64,000 bases of DNA, taken from contig OY730477.1 of assembly GCA_963422745.1 (NCBI GenBank), forward strand, positions 1,400,880-1,464,879, read 5' to 3'. Under the pieces are notes generated by a model. It worked only from the letters and a program-made list of their open reading frames with translations. It ran no database searches and was not told the DNA's origin. The DNA comes from Acidimicrobiales bacterium. Its GTDB lineage: Bacteria > Actinomycetota > Acidimicrobiia > Acidimicrobiales > Aldehydirespiratoraceae. The position numbers and the translations under genes were made by a program. This document shows, piece after piece, positions 28,257-39,352 of this stretch (positions within the stretch are counted from its first letter, which is position 1; each line of letters begins with the position of its first letter).

Positions 28257-29341
28257 TCACCAGCACGGTTGAGCTACCACCCCTTCGGGTGCACGGACGA
28301 ATTGAGCAATTGCTTGCGGCACTCAACGATCGGGCCGACGCGATCGTTGTGACGGGTCCTGCAGGTATCCGCTGGTGCACCGGTTTCACCGGCTCCAACG
28401 GCGCACTATTGCTCAGCGCAGGCGACCGGGTACTGTTCACCGACGGTCGGTACGCGGATCAAGCACCTGCTGAACTCCAATCGGCTGGCAGCGACGTTGA
28501 AGTTAATGTGACTGCGGACCTGCCCCGATCGGTTGCGGCACGGGCCAAGGTTTGCGGAGTCGTATCAATGGCCTTGGAAGCCGATCGGTTGAGTTGGTCC
28601 GATGCTCGCCGTTTTGAACGCCACCATGTCGGCGAAGTGGTTGCCACCGAAGGTCTCGTGGCGGATCTGCGCAGTGTCAAAAGCAGCGCCGAACTAGCTC
28701 GCATGTCCCATGCAGCCCTGATCGTTGATGAAGCCCTGAAAGACTGCGTGCACATGCTGAGCACCGAGGTGAGTGAACGGGAACTGTCGTTGGCTCTCGA
28801 TGACGCCATGCGTGCCAGGGGTGCTGGCCCTGCCTATGAGACGATTGTCGCTGGAGGACCCTTGTCGGCTCTGCCACACGCCCGGCCCGGACCCAGGCGG
28901 TTTCGTGACGGTGACCTTGTGGTGATCGACGCGGGCGCGGTGGTAGATGGCTATCGCAGCGACATGACCCGGACCTTCACGGTCGGCAAGTCATCGGCGA
29001 GAGCAACTGAGATCATAGGGATCGTCACCGAAGCCCAGAAGCTGGGTGTTGAGGCTGTGACAGCAGGTGCCGAAGCCGCAGCAGTCGATGCGGCCTGTCG
29101 AAACCACATCACCAAGGCTGGTTACGGGGAAGTATTCGTCCACGGCACCGGTCATGGAGTTGGGCTTGAAATCCACGAGCTGCCATCCGTGAGCCGATCA
29201 AGCACCGCGGTGTTGCGACGCGGTCAGGTGATTACCGTCGAGCCTGGGATATATATCTCCGGATTCGGGGGCTGTCGCGTGGAAGACATGGTGTCGGTCA
29301 CCGAGAAGGGCTGCTGCCCGCTTACCAATTTCCCCAAGTAA
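28253..29341 (+). CDS. pepP: M24B Xaa-Pro aminopeptidase/dipeptidase
   Basis: VVIDAGAVVDGYRSDMTRT, HGTGHGVGLEIHE, VEPGIY and GGCRVED metal ligands. GTG 28253 overlaps the aroB stop (GTGA). Confidence 0.88.
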   Translation: MITSTVELPPLRVHGRIEQLLAALNDRADAIVVTGPAGIRWCTGFTGSNGALLLSAGDRVLFTDGRYADQAPAELQSAGSDVEVNVTADLPRSVAARAKVCGVVSMALEADRLSWSDARRFERHHVGEVVATEGLVADLRSVKSSAELARMSHAALIVDEALKDCVHMLSTEVSERELSLALDDAMRARGAGPAYETIVAGGPLSALPHARPGPRRFRDGDLVVIDAGAVVDGYRSDMTRTFTVGKSSARATEIIGIVTEAQKLGVEAVTAGAEAAAVDAACRNHITKAGYGEVFVHGTGHGVGLEIHELPSVSRSSTAVLRRGQVITVEPGIYISGFGGCRVEDMVSVTEKGCCPLTNFPK

Positions 29342-29381
29342 CCGGGGCGACGACGCACCCGCCTGTCCAACGGAGAGACCC

Positions 29382-29945
29382 ATGGCCACAATCACGACCA
29401 ACGATCTCAAGAACGGGATGACTCTCAACTTGCACGACGGCCTGTTCCAGGTTGTTGACTTTCAGCACGTCAAGCCCGGCAAGGGTCACGCATTCGTGCG
29501 CACCAACCTCCGCAATGTGCGCGTTGGTGGCATCGTTGAGCGAACATTTCGAGCAGGCGAGAAGGTCCGCCGTGCCACCATCGACAAGCGGGAAATGCGA
29601 TTGTTGTACCGCGACGGTGCTGACTACGTCTTTATGGACAGCGAGACCTACGAGCAGGTTCAGGTCCCACCTTCGGTACTCGGCAGTGCCAGCAACTACA
29701 TCATCGAAACTTCGGTGGTGATTCTGGAAATGCATGGTAGTGAGATCGTTGGCAGTGATCTGCCCTCCTCGGTCGAACTTGAGGTCACCCAAGCCGAACC
29801 CGGCATCCAAGGTGACCGATCCTCCTCGGGCACCAAGCCAGCGACGTTGGAGACCGGATTGGTTGTTGCTGTGCCGCTGTTCGTTGGCCCAGGTGACCGG
29901 GTGCGGGTCGACACCCGATCTGGTGAGTACCTGGGTCGGGCGTGA
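29382..29945 (+). CDS. efp: elongation factor P
   Basis: TNDLKNGMTLNLHDGLFQVVDFQHVKPGKGHAFVRTNLRN is the canonical EF-P N-terminus. Confidence 0.97.
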   Translation: MATITTNDLKNGMTLNLHDGLFQVVDFQHVKPGKGHAFVRTNLRNVRVGGIVERTFRAGEKVRRATIDKREMRLLYRDGADYVFMDSETYEQVQVPPSVLGSASNYIIETSVVILEMHGSEIVGSDLPSSVELEVTQAEPGIQGDRSSSGTKPATLETGLVVAVPLFVGPGDRVRVDTRSGEYLGRA

Positions 29946-30340
29946 CCGGGAACCAGAGCCGTGGAGAAGCCCGAGAGGAGGCACTTGCGTTGCTGTACCA
30001 GTCCGAGATCACCGGTGGGTCGATCACCGATGTGCTCGCAGGCTGCCGCGTGGCTCCCGGGGAATACGCCGCGAAGATCGTTGCCGGGGTTGGTGAACAC
30101 CTCGGCGAGATTGATGAGTTGATCGGGAGCCACCTCAGCGACTGGCGGATAGAGAGGATGCCTGTGGTTGACCGTGTCGTTGCTCGACTAGCCACCTATG
30201 AACTTCTTGATGAGCTCGATGTTCCCACCGCTGTGGTGCTGAGCGAGGCGGTATCGTTGGCCGATCGGTATAGTGGCGGGCGCTCTCGGGTGTTTCTCAA
30301 CGGTGTCCTGTCCGCCGTCGCAAACCAGGTGCGTCTCTGA
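29942..30340 (+). CDS. nusB: transcription antitermination factor NusB
   Basis: REEALALLYQSEI... and RMPVVDRVVARLATYELL. 132 aa. Overlaps the efp stop. Confidence 0.9.
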   Translation: MTGNQSRGEAREEALALLYQSEITGGSITDVLAGCRVAPGEYAAKIVAGVGEHLGEIDELIGSHLSDWRIERMPVVDRVVARLATYELLDELDVPTAVVLSEAVSLADRYSGGRSRVFLNGVLSAVANQVRL

Positions 30341-30377
30341 TTGCACCGCTGCTGTTGCCAATCCAACAGGGCCGGGG

Positions 30378-30405
30378 TTGCACAACCGAGCCCGACTGGT
30401 AAGTT
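30378..30405 (+). promoter_or_regulatory. candidate promoter of the pyr operon (TTGCAC-N16-TAAGTT)
   Basis: The only reasonable -35/-10 pair I can read in the nusB-pyrR spacer. It would leave a ~50-nt leader containing a small hairpin and the purine-rich RBS. Confidence 0.2.
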
Positions 30406-30461
30406 CCCCAACCGACCGTGAAATGGGTTCAGTGAGGCTCGTACGGACGAGAGAAGGAAAC

Positions 30462-31025
30462 TTGGCTGAGCGAGAACGGCGTCTGGCTCCGACAGTCGGC
30501 GGAACCTTTGAGCGTCGCACCCAGGTGATGACCGCCGCAGACGTTGCCCGAGCTATTCGTCGCATGGCCCATGAGATTCTTGAGCACAACCACGGCGCCA
30601 CGGACCTCGTTATCATCGGGATGCAAACTGGAGGCGTGGCTCCAGCAAGGCGACTTACAGACGATATCGGTGAGATTGAAGGCACCAATATCGCCTTCGG
30701 TACTCTCGACGCCACCTTGCACCGTGACGATTTCGGGCTTCGCCCGATCCGATCCGAGGGAGCAACTGAGATCGCCGTTGATATTGGTGACAGGGTCGTT
30801 GTGTTGGTTGATGACGTTCTGTACACCGGTCGCACCGTTCGAGCTGCTCTCGACGCGATCCACAGCTACGGTCGCCCACGGGTAATTCGCTTGGCGGTGA
30901 TGGTCGATAGAGGTCACCGCGAGCTACCCATACGGGCCGACTTCGTTGGTAAGAACCTGCCCACCCCTCGCCACGAGATGGTTGATGTCCACCTCGGTGG
31001 TGTTGACCTGGGCGTTATCCGGTGA
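30462..31025 (+). CDS. pyrR: bifunctional pyr operon regulator / uracil phosphoribosyltransferase PyrR
   Basis: MTAADVARAIRRMAHEILEHN, IIGMQTGGV and the PRPP loop VVLVDDVLYTGRTVRAAL. The start is uncertain: TTG 30462 follows AGAAGG-N4, and ATG 30423 or ATG 30528 are alternatives. The track ORF from 30273 overlaps nusB. Confidence 0.88.
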   Translation: MAERERRLAPTVGGTFERRTQVMTAADVARAIRRMAHEILEHNHGATDLVIIGMQTGGVAPARRLTDDIGEIEGTNIAFGTLDATLHRDDFGLRPIRSEGATEIAVDIGDRVVVLVDDVLYTGRTVRAALDAIHSYGRPRVIRLAVMVDRGHRELPIRADFVGKNLPTPRHEMVDVHLGGVDLGVIR

Positions 31026-31957
31026 GTCGCCGTCACCTGTTGTCGATGTCGGATCTTCAGCGCGACGAAATCAACCATCTCATGGATCTCACCGACCGGT
31101 TTGCCGAGGTCGGCCGACGACCGATCCCGAAGGTTCCGGCCCTTCGAGGAAAAACCATTGCCTGGTTGTTCTACGAAGACAGCACCCGAACACGCATCTC
31201 GTTCGAGACCGCCGCCAAGCGGCTGTCCGCGGACACTGTGAACTTTTCGATTGGTTCGTCCTCGGTCAAAAAAGGCGAATCGTTGCGTGACACCACCGAG
31301 ACGATCGCTGCGATGGGCGTCGACGGGATCGTCGTGCGTCACTACGCATCTGGTGCACCACATCAAGTGGTGAATTGGGTAGGCGGTGTTTCAGTGGTGA
31401 ATGCCGGAGACGGACTGCATCAGCATCCCACCCAGGCGCTGCTTGACTTATACACGGCGCGTCAACATCTCGGAGACCTTGACGGCGTCCATATTGCGAT
31501 AATCGGTGACATCAGACACTCGCGGGTGGCGCGCAGCAACATCGAGGGCTTCGTCACTATGGGTGCCCGCGTCACGATCGTTGGTCCCCGAACGTTGCTT
31601 CCCGTTGAAGTGGACACGTTGCCGGTCGAGGTCAGTCACAACGTCGACGCTGTGCTGGGCGACATCGACATCTGCTATATGCTGAGACTACAGATTGAGC
31701 GACACCACGACGTTGTCATCCCCACGCTGCGAGAGTTCCACAATGAGTACGGGCTCACCGAACGGAGAGCCGATCAACTACATGATCAGGCGCTGATTAT
31801 GCATCCCGGGCCGGTGAATCGCGGTGTGGAGCTGGCCTCGGCTGTGTTGGAGCGCCCCAACGTTGTGATCACCGAACAGGTCAACAACGGTGTCGCCGTC
31901 AGGATGGCGGTGCTGTTCGCACTGCTCGGTAACCCGGTTACCGAAGCGGTCGCATGA
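31022..31957 (+). CDS. pyrB: aspartate carbamoyltransferase catalytic subunit
   Basis: FYEDSTRTRISFE, HQHPTQALLD and HPGPVNRGVE motifs. GTGA overlap with pyrR. Confidence 0.95.
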   Translation: MSRRHLLSMSDLQRDEINHLMDLTDRFAEVGRRPIPKVPALRGKTIAWLFYEDSTRTRISFETAAKRLSADTVNFSIGSSSVKKGESLRDTTETIAAMGVDGIVVRHYASGAPHQVVNWVGGVSVVNAGDGLHQHPTQALLDLYTARQHLGDLDGVHIAIIGDIRHSRVARSNIEGFVTMGARVTIVGPRTLLPVEVDTLPVEVSHNVDAVLGDIDICYMLRLQIERHHDVVIPTLREFHNEYGLTERRADQLHDQALIMHPGPVNRGVELASAVLERPNVVITEQVNNGVAVRMAVLFALLGNPVTEAVA

Positions 31958-33249
31958 TCCTGGTCAGAGGCGGTCGCCTGATCGACAGCACCGGTGAACG
32001 AACAGGCGATGTACTCATCAATGACAACTTGATCTCGGCGGTAGCGGTCGGCATTGATGCCCCAGAAGCGCGCACCATAGATGCCTCGGGTTGTGTTGTG
32101 AGTCCAGGCTTCGTTGATCTTCACGTTCATCTGCGCCAGCCCGGCAACGAGGAAGCCGAAACCATCGAAACCGGAGCACGCGGCGCTGCTCTCGGCGGGT
32201 TCACCGCGGTTGTAGCGATGCCCAACACCACTCCCGCCGTGGACTGCGCGGCCATGGTTCGAGAAATCAACGAACTTGCCCAAGGCGTGCCCTGCGATGT
32301 GATTCCTTCGGCTGCGATAACGGTCGGGCGTGCCGGGTTGGCATTGACTCCGATGGCCGAGCTGGTGCGCCTCGGCGTAGGGATCTTCACCGATGATGGC
32401 AACGGCGTGCAGGATGAGCGGATCATGCGTTCGGCTTTGGAGTACGCATCAAGTCTCACGCATATCAATCATGGACGCCGCGTCGTGGTCGCTCAGCATT
32501 GTGAGGTTGAGTCGCTGAGCCGGGGAGGGTACATGCACGACGGCGAGTGGTCGTCGAGGTTGGGGATCGGCGGCCAACCCTCAGAGGCCGAGGAGCTGAT
32601 GGTGATGCGCGACATCGCCCTTGCCCGCCTCACCGGAGCACGGGTTCACTTCCAGCATGTCTCCACGGCTGGTTCGGTGGCGATGATTCGTGCCGCTCGC
32701 CAGGCTGGCCTTGCGGTCACGGCGGAGGCCACCACACATCACTTCACCCTGGATCACAGCTGCTGTGCGTCGTTCGATCCTCTCTACAAGGTGCATCCTC
32801 CGCTGCGCACAAGCGACGACATCTCCGCGATCAAAGCAGGCCTTGGCGACCACACGATCGACGCCATCGCAACCGACCATGCGCCGCACACTGCTCACGA
32901 CAAGCAAGCCACTTTCGCCGAGGCCTCTCCGGGCATGCTCGGTCTTGAGACAGCGTTCGCGTTGACCAACAGCGAGGCGGGGTTGCCACTTGAGCGAACA
33001 CTGGCACTGATGTCCTGGCAGCCAGCCGCGATTGCCGGCATTGACGACACCCATGGAGGTCCGATTGAGGTGGGTCGTCCCGCCAATCTCGTGGTCATCG
33101 ACCCAGACGCGCCATGGACGGTTCAAGGCTCGGCGATGGCTAGTCGCTCCGTTAACACCCCATATGAAAGCAGGCGGGTTCGGGGCCGAATAAGGCACAC
33201 GATCCTGCACGGCGAACCCGTCGTGGTTGACGCCGAGGCAATCCGATGA
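31954..33249 (+). CDS. pyrC: dihydroorotase
   Basis: PGFVDLHVHLRQPG, the DHAPH metal site, and FQHVSTAGSV. 431 aa. ATGA overlap with pyrB. Confidence 0.93.
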   Translation: MILVRGGRLIDSTGERTGDVLINDNLISAVAVGIDAPEARTIDASGCVVSPGFVDLHVHLRQPGNEEAETIETGARGAALGGFTAVVAMPNTTPAVDCAAMVREINELAQGVPCDVIPSAAITVGRAGLALTPMAELVRLGVGIFTDDGNGVQDERIMRSALEYASSLTHINHGRRVVVAQHCEVESLSRGGYMHDGEWSSRLGIGGQPSEAEELMVMRDIALARLTGARVHFQHVSTAGSVAMIRAARQAGLAVTAEATTHHFTLDHSCCASFDPLYKVHPPLRTSDDISAIKAGLGDHTIDAIATDHAPHTAHDKQATFAEASPGMLGLETAFALTNSEAGLPLERTLALMSWQPAAIAGIDDTHGGPIEVGRPANLVVIDPDAPWTVQGSAMASRSVNTPYESRRVRGRIRHTILHGEPVVVDAEAIR

Positions 33250-34325
33250 ACTACCGGCTCGTTCTGGCCGACGGCGAAGAGTTCTCGGGGGTCGGCATCG
33301 GGGCTGACCTGCCAAACGGCGTCGCCGCCGGTGAGGTGGTGTTCAATACCGTGTTGACCGGCTATCAGGAGGTGATCACGGATCCGTCCTATGCCGGTCA
33401 GATCATTACCTTCACCTACCCTCACATAGGCAACTACGGTGTCAACTCCTCCGACGACGAAGCGTCCCGACCTTTCTGCCGAGGTGTGATCGTTCGTGCT
33501 CTGGCCCGGCGTGTCAGTAGTCGGCGAAGCGAGGAACATCTCGACGCTTTCTTGCGTCGCCACAACGTCGCTGGCATCGCAGGCGTCGACACTCGTCGCC
33601 TCACGCGCCACATTCGTGAGAGTGGAGCCATGCCCGCAGCGTTCGGTCCGGCGGATCGTGATGTGCTGGCCGAAGCGGCGCTGCGCGAGCCTGGAACTTC
33701 GGGTGCCGACCTGGTCGCACAGGTAACAACCCGCTCGCCGTATGTGGTTGGTAGCGGCCCTCGCAAGGTGGTTGTTTACGACCTGGGCGTGAAACGGACC
33801 ATGCTGCGCCGACTCGCCGAGTTGGCCACCGTAAAGGTGGTTCCCGCGCACACAACCGCCGATGAAGTGCTGGCGACCGAACCCGACGGGATCTTGTTGT
33901 CCAACGGCCCAGGGGACCCAACCGAGGCAGGCCCTATCCTCAAAGAACTTCCTGAGCTAATTGGCGCGCTGCCGATCTTCGGGATTTGTCTCGGTCATCA
34001 GGTTCTGGCCCTGGCCTTCGGAGGGCGAACATCAAAGATGAAGTTCGGCCATCACGGCGGCAACGTCCCGGTGCAGGACACCCGCGACAACAAGGTGCAG
34101 ATTACGAGCCAGAACCACAACTTCGCGGTACAGACCGGGTCGGTGCCCGGAGTGAGAGAAACACATGTGTGTCTCAACGACGGTGTCCTCGAGGGTTTCG
34201 TGCACGATGAGCTTCCGGTGTTCGCCGTGCAGTACCACCCCGAAGCCGGTCCCGGCCCTCACGACAGCTACCACCATTTCGCCCGGTTCGCCGAACTCAT
34301 GGATGCCTGTCGAGGGTCGTCCTGA
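33246..34325 (+). CDS. carA: carbamoyl-phosphate synthase small (glutaminase) subunit
   Basis: [28 protein letters not shown] (catalytic Cys) and QYHPEA. Confidence 0.96.
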   Translation: MNYRLVLADGEEFSGVGIGADLPNGVAAGEVVFNTVLTGYQEVITDPSYAGQIITFTYPHIGNYGVNSSDDEASRPFCRGVIVRALARRVSSRRSEEHLDAFLRRHNVAGIAGVDTRRLTRHIRESGAMPAAFGPADRDVLAEAALREPGTSGADLVAQVTTRSPYVVGSGPRKVVVYDLGVKRTMLRRLAELATVKVVPAHTTADEVLATEPDGILLSNGPGDPTEAGPILKELPELIGALPIFGICLGHQVLALAFGGRTSKMKFGHHGGNVPVQDTRDNKVQITSQNHNFAVQTGSVPGVRETHVCLNDGVLEGFVHDELPVFAVQYHPEAGPGPHDSYHHFARFAELMDACRGSS

Positions 34326-37300
34326 TGCCGAAACGTACCGATCTCGAATCCATTCTCATCATCGGTTCAGGCCCGATCGTGATCGGTCAGGCCTGCGAGT
34401 TCGACTACTCCGGCACCCAGGCCTGTCGTGTCCTGAAACAGGAGGGTTATCGGGTGATCCTTGCCAACTCGAATCCTGCCACGATCATGACCGATCCCGA
34501 CTTCGCCGACGCTACCTACGTAGAGCCGCTGGATGTGGCGATCCTGTCCAAGATCATCGAGCGCGAAAGGCCCGACGCGGTGCTGCCGACCCTCGGTGGT
34601 CAAACCGGACTCAACCTGGCCATGGAACTGCAAAACAACGGCATTCTGCAAGCCCATGGTGTCGAATTGATCGGTGCTGATGCCCAAGCCATTACCACTG
34701 CTGAGGACCGCGAGCAGTTCAAGAATGCGATGCAGGAGATAGGCCTTGAGGTTGCGCGTTCTGGCATCGCACGTTGCATGGATGACGCTCGGCGAGTCAT
34801 CCAGACGGTCGGTTTGCCGGTGATCGTCAGGCCAGCTTTTATCCTTGGTGGCCGCGGCACCGGAATCGCCGACACCATTGAGGAGTTCGAAGCGATCGCA
34901 GCTTACGGTCTCGAATGCAGTCCGATAACTGAGATTCTCATTGAGGAATCCATCAGGGGCTGGAAGGAATACGAACTTGAGGTGATGCGGGACCGAAACG
35001 ACAACTGTGTCGTTATCTGCTCCATCGAGAACCTGGACCCGATGGGGGTCCACACCGGTGACTCGATCACCGTGGCCCCGGCGCAGACGCTCAGCGACGT
35101 TGAGTACCAACAGATGCGCGACGGTTCGTTTTCGTGCATCCGCAGGGTCGGTGTGGAGACGGGCGGGTCCAACGTCCAATGGGCTGTCGATCCCGACACC
35201 GGCCGTCAGCTGATCATAGAGATGAACCCCAGGGTCAGTCGCAGTTCCGCACTCGCATCCAAGGCGACCGGTTTCCCCATTGCGAAGATCGCCACCAAGC
35301 TCGCCGTCGGCTACACCCTCGACGAGATACCGAATGACATCACAAAGAAAACCCCGGCAAGCTTCGAACCCACCATTGACTACGTCGTCACGAAGGTTCC
35401 GCGTTGGGCCTTCGAGAAGTTCCCTGGTACCTCGGGGGTTCTTGGCACTTCAATGCAGTCGGTGGGGGAGGTCATGGCGATCGGGCGCACCTTCCCTGAG
35501 TCGTTGCAGAAGGCCTTGCGGTCACTTGAGCAGGGCCGTGAGGGGCTCAATGCGGATTTCGGCGAGGTCCTGCTTGAGAGCATTGAGACCGCCACACTCC
35601 TCGAAGCAGCGGCGGTTCCGACACCGGATCGTGTCTTTGAGCTTGAGGCTTTGCTTCGGCGCGGCGTCGGAATAGACGACATCTATGACGCGACTGGCGT
35701 TGATCCGTGGTTCTTGGACCAGATGCTGATGATCACTGAGGAACGTCAGCGTCTTGTTGGTTTGTCGCTGGACTCAGCGACAGAACAGGATTGGCGCCGC
35801 GCCAAACAACATGGGTTCTCCGACGCTCAGCTCGGGTACTTGTGGAACGTGTCCGACGCACAGGTCCGCCGCGCCCGACAACAGGTCGGTGTGAGATGTA
35901 CCTTCAAGACTGTCGATACGTGCGCCGCCGAATTCGAAGCCGCCACGCCGTATCACTACTCAACTTATGAAGACACCGACGAGGTGAGCATCGGAAGCTG
36001 CCGCGAGCGGGTAATCATCCTCGGTTCGGGCCCCAACCGCATCGGTCAGGGAATCGAGTTCGACTACTGCTGTGTTCATGCAGCGTTCGCGTTACGCGAC
36101 GCTGGCTATGAGACAGTCATGATCAACTGCAATCCCGAGACGGTGTCCACGGACTACGACACCTCGGACCGTTTGTATTTCGAGCCTCTGACTTTTGAGG
36201 ACGTGAGCAACATCATCGAGATCGAAGATCCGATAGGCGTGATCGTCTCGTTGGGAGGTCAGACGCCGTTGAAGTTGGCCGACCGAATCCCGCCCGAGCT
36301 GATCTTGGGCACGTCCCCGGACTCGATCGACCGGGCCGAGGACCGAGAACGCTGGAACGCGGTCTGTGCACGTCTTGAGATTCCCCAACCGGCATCGGGT
36401 ACTGCGGTCAACCGCGAGAGCGCCTTGGCAATTGCTGAACGGATCGGGTACCCGGCCTTGGTTCGTCCTTCATATGTGCTGGGCGGAAGAGCCATGCAGA
36501 TCGTGTACGACGACGACCAACTAGCTGATGCAATGGAGCAGATCGCCGGGTCTGGATCCCTGGGGCGCGAAGGCGGCCTGTCCGCCCAACGGCCCGTGTT
36601 GATCGACCGGTTCCTCGAAGACGCCACCGAAGTTGATGTTGACGCTATACGCGACAACGTCGGGGAGGTGTACATCGGTTCGGTGATGGAGCATGTTGAG
36701 GAGGCCGGCGTGCACAGTGGGGATTCCGCTTGCACGATCCCACCAACTCATCTGGGTTCTTCCACCGTGGCGGTGATTGAGGACTACACCCGCCGAATAG
36801 CGCACGAACTTGACGTGTGTGGCCTCATCAACGTGCAGTTTGCCGTGAAGGCGGGTCAGGTATTCGTGCTTGAAGCCAACCCCAGGGCTTCGCGCACGGT
36901 GCCATTCGTAGCCAAGGCAACCGGCGTGGCTCTGGCCAAGGTGGCCGCCCGTGTGATGCTTGGTGCCACACTCACCGAGCTTGGCGCGCAAGGTCTGTTG
37001 AACCGGGTGGTCTCAGATCATGTCTCGATCAAGGAGGCTGTGCTGCCGTTCAACCGGTTCCCCGAAGCCGACGCGGTGCTCGGACCAGAGATGCGATCCA
37101 CCGGCGAGGTCATGGCTATCGACATGACTCAGGGATTGGCCTTCGTGAAGTCACAACTAGCCGCAGGGACCCGACTACCCGACGACGGCATGGTGTTCAT
37201 GTCGCTCGCCGACCGAGACAAGCAGGTTGGTGTGAAAGCTGCCAAGGTCTTTGTTGATCTCGGATACTCGATCGCGGCGACTTCGGGAACGGCAGCTGCG

Positions 37301-37645
37301 CTGCGCAATGCCGGGATTGTTGTAGCTCTGGAGGTAGCAAAACTCGAAGACTCCGGTGGACTCAACGCGGTCGATCTCATTGATCGTGGCGATCTGAAGT
37401 TGGTCGTCAACTCGCCACGCGGTCGTGGGCCTCGAGCCGACGGCGACCACATCCGCAAAGCAGCAGGTTTGGCCGGGTTGCCCTTGCTCACGACCGCCGC
37501 TGCTGCTTTGGCCACAGCAGGTGGTCTGCGGGACTGGAAACGTCATCCGTTGCGTGTACGTAGCCTGCAGGAATATCACCGGAGAACATCGGTAGGCGCA
37601 CCTGAACGCAACGGTGCAATAGTTGATGACACCGAGGTTTGCTGA
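34325..37645 (+). CDS. carB: carbamoyl-phosphate synthase large subunit
   Basis: 1106 aa with duplicated ATP-grasp halves ([24 protein letters not shown] and [24 protein letters not shown]) and an MGS-like C-terminus. Confidence 0.97.
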   Translation: MPKRTDLESILIIGSGPIVIGQACEFDYSGTQACRVLKQEGYRVILANSNPATIMTDPDFADATYVEPLDVAILSKIIERERPDAVLPTLGGQTGLNLAMELQNNGILQAHGVELIGADAQAITTAEDREQFKNAMQEIGLEVARSGIARCMDDARRVIQTVGLPVIVRPAFILGGRGTGIADTIEEFEAIAAYGLECSPITEILIEESIRGWKEYELEVMRDRNDNCVVICSIENLDPMGVHTGDSITVAPAQTLSDVEYQQMRDGSFSCIRRVGVETGGSNVQWAVDPDTGRQLIIEMNPRVSRSSALASKATGFPIAKIATKLAVGYTLDEIPNDITKKTPASFEPTIDYVVTKVPRWAFEKFPGTSGVLGTSMQSVGEVMAIGRTFPESLQKALRSLEQGREGLNADFGEVLLESIETATLLEAAAVPTPDRVFELEALLRRGVGIDDIYDATGVDPWFLDQMLMITEERQRLVGLSLDSATEQDWRRAKQHGFSDAQLGYLWNVSDAQVRRARQQVGVRCTFKTVDTCAAEFEAATPYHYSTYEDTDEVSIGSCRERVIILGSGPNRIGQGIEFDYCCVHAAFALRDAGYETVMINCNPETVSTDYDTSDRLYFEPLTFEDVSNIIEIEDPIGVIVSLGGQTPLKLADRIPPELILGTSPDSIDRAEDRERWNAVCARLEIPQPASGTAVNRESALAIAERIGYPALVRPSYVLGGRAMQIVYDDDQLADAMEQIAGSGSLGREGGLSAQRPVLIDRFLEDATEVDVDAIRDNVGEVYIGSVMEHVEEAGVHSGDSACTIPPTHLGSSTVAVIEDYTRRIAHELDVCGLINVQFAVKAGQVFVLEANPRASRTVPFVAKATGVALAKVAARVMLGATLTELGAQGLLNRVVSDHVSIKEAVLPFNRFPEADAVLGPEMRSTGEVMAIDMTQGLAFVKSQLAAGTRLPDDGMVFMSLADRDKQVGVKAAKVFVDLGYSIAATSGTAAALRNAGIVVALEVAKLEDSGGLNAVDLIDRGDLKLVVNSPRGRGPRADGDHIRKAAGLAGLPLLTTAAAALATAGGLRDWKRHPLRVRSLQEYHRRTSVGAPERNGAIVDDTEVC

Positions 37646-38556
37646 TCGACATCACCGCACGCGTGGGATCGGTCCGGTTGGCAGCCCCGGTAATGACCGC
37701 TTCGGGCACTGCGGGTCACGGAGCGGAACTTCTGCGTTATCTGAGACCTGCCGAGCTGGGCGCAGTGGTGGTGAAGTCGATGAAACCCGACGCTTGGGCG
37801 GGCAATGCCGCCCCGCGCTTGCACCCCACACCCGCCGGGATGATCAATAGTGTTGGGCTTCAAGGCAATGGTGTAAATCACTGGCTGATGAATGATCTCC
37901 CGGCCCTTACAGCGTCCGGCGCCAAGGTAGTGGCGAGCATCTGGGGTAGCACGGTCGATGAGTTTGCTCAGGCCGCGGCGGCTTTGGCCGAGGCTCCCGA
38001 GGTGGTGGTAGCGGTTGAGGTGAACGTCTCGTGTCCGAATCTTGAGGACCGTCAACGCATGTTCGCCCATTCGTTGTCAGCGACTGCGGAGGTGATCGAG
38101 GCGGCGGCGGGATGCAAGCGGCCTCGCTGGGCGAAGCTCAGCCCCAACACCGCTGACCTGGTCGAGATTGCAGGTGTGGCAGCCGCTGCCGGAGCCGAAG
38201 CTGTGGTGTTGATCAACACTGTGCTGGGCATGGTGATTGACGTGGAGCGTCGCCGGCCCGTTCTGGGTGGACGTAGAGGAGGCCTGTCCGGAGCGGCAAT
38301 TCGACCGGTGGCGGTTCGTGCTGTGTTTGATGTCCATGAGGCTTATCCGACCCTGCCGATTGTGGGAGCCGGTGGGGTTTCGTGCGGCGTGGATGTAGTC
38401 GAGTTCATGCTGGCCGGAGCGTCGGCTGTGCAGGTCGGAACGGCAACATTTCTGGATCCACGGGCGCCTAGACGTGTCCTGGCGGAGTTCGAACGCTGGT
38501 GTCAATCCCGAGGTGTTGGCTGTGTTGAAGAACTGATCGGAGCAGCCCATGGGTGA
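37639..38556 (+). CDS. pyrD: dihydroorotate dehydrogenase, class 1 (1B-like catalytic subunit)
   Basis: [27 protein letters not shown] (catalytic Cys, class 1), [17 protein letters not shown], and GAGGV...[11 protein letters not shown]. Confidence 0.92.
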   Translation: MLIDITARVGSVRLAAPVMTASGTAGHGAELLRYLRPAELGAVVVKSMKPDAWAGNAAPRLHPTPAGMINSVGLQGNGVNHWLMNDLPALTASGAKVVASIWGSTVDEFAQAAAALAEAPEVVVAVEVNVSCPNLEDRQRMFAHSLSATAEVIEAAAGCKRPRWAKLSPNTADLVEIAGVAAAAGAEAVVLINTVLGMVIDVERRRPVLGGRRGGLSGAAIRPVAVRAVFDVHEAYPTLPIVGAGGVSCGVDVVEFMLAGASAVQVGTATFLDPRAPRRVLAEFERWCQSRGVGCVEELIGAAHG

Positions 38557-39331
38557 ACTTTTCAACACAGCGCCCGACGCCCCCAAAGCGCCGGATCTTT
38601 GCGAGGCGTCGGATCTTCGGGGACCGCGGGTTGCTCCTGTCGCTACGGAGCTACGTAACAGGCTGGCTCTGGCTCTTGATGTCGATGATCTCGCTGTCGC
38701 TGTTAGCCTCGCGCGGCAGCTGCACGGCTACTTCGGCGTGGCCAAGATCGGGCTCGAGTTGTATTCGGCAGCGGGACCTGAAGCGATAGCGGTCATCGCC
38801 GATATCGGCTACGAGATCTTCTTGGATCTCAAGCTCCACGACATACCGACCACGGTCAACAAAGCGGCCAGGGTGCTGGGAGCCTCCGGTGTGCGATACC
38901 TCACCGCCCACGCCGGTGGCGGCATTGAGATGCTGAGAGCCGCAGTCGCAGGGCTCAGCGATGGCGCTCACAGCAGTGGCGGTGATTGCCCCGGCCTGCT
39001 GGCCATTAGCGTGCTCACCAGTGACAGCGCAGCAGCTGGCGATGTGCTGGCTGAACACCTCACACGGGCTGCTGAGGCCCACTGTCAAGGCGTTGTCTGC
39101 TCGGTGCCCGCGCTGGCGGAAGCCCGCCGGGTGGCGCCGAAACTGATGCGAGTAACTCCCGGCATTCGCCTTGTTGGCGACCGGGTCGACGATCAGGCGT
39201 GGCCTGCCACTCCAGCCGAGGCCTTCGTTAACGGTGCGGATTTGTTGGTGATCGGCCGTTCGATCACAGCCGCCGACGATCCGTTGCGGGCCGCACGACG
39301 GATACATGAGTCGGCTTCAAAGGTGCTATGA
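38549..39331 (+). CDS. pyrF: orotidine 5'-phosphate decarboxylase (long actinobacterial type)
   Basis: LALALDVDDL, KIGLELY, FLDLKLHDIPTTV and LLVIGRSI motifs. Overlaps the pyrD stop. Confidence 0.9.
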   Translation: MGELFNTAPDAPKAPDLCEASDLRGPRVAPVATELRNRLALALDVDDLAVAVSLARQLHGYFGVAKIGLELYSAAGPEAIAVIADIGYEIFLDLKLHDIPTTVNKAARVLGASGVRYLTAHAGGGIEMLRAAVAGLSDGAHSSGGDCPGLLAISVLTSDSAAAGDVLAEHLTRAAEAHCQGVVCSVPALAEARRVAPKLMRVTPGIRLVGDRVDDQAWPATPAEAFVNGADLLVIGRSITAADDPLRAARRIHESASKVL

Positions 39332-39352
39332 GGCAAGTACCTGACTTCTGCA

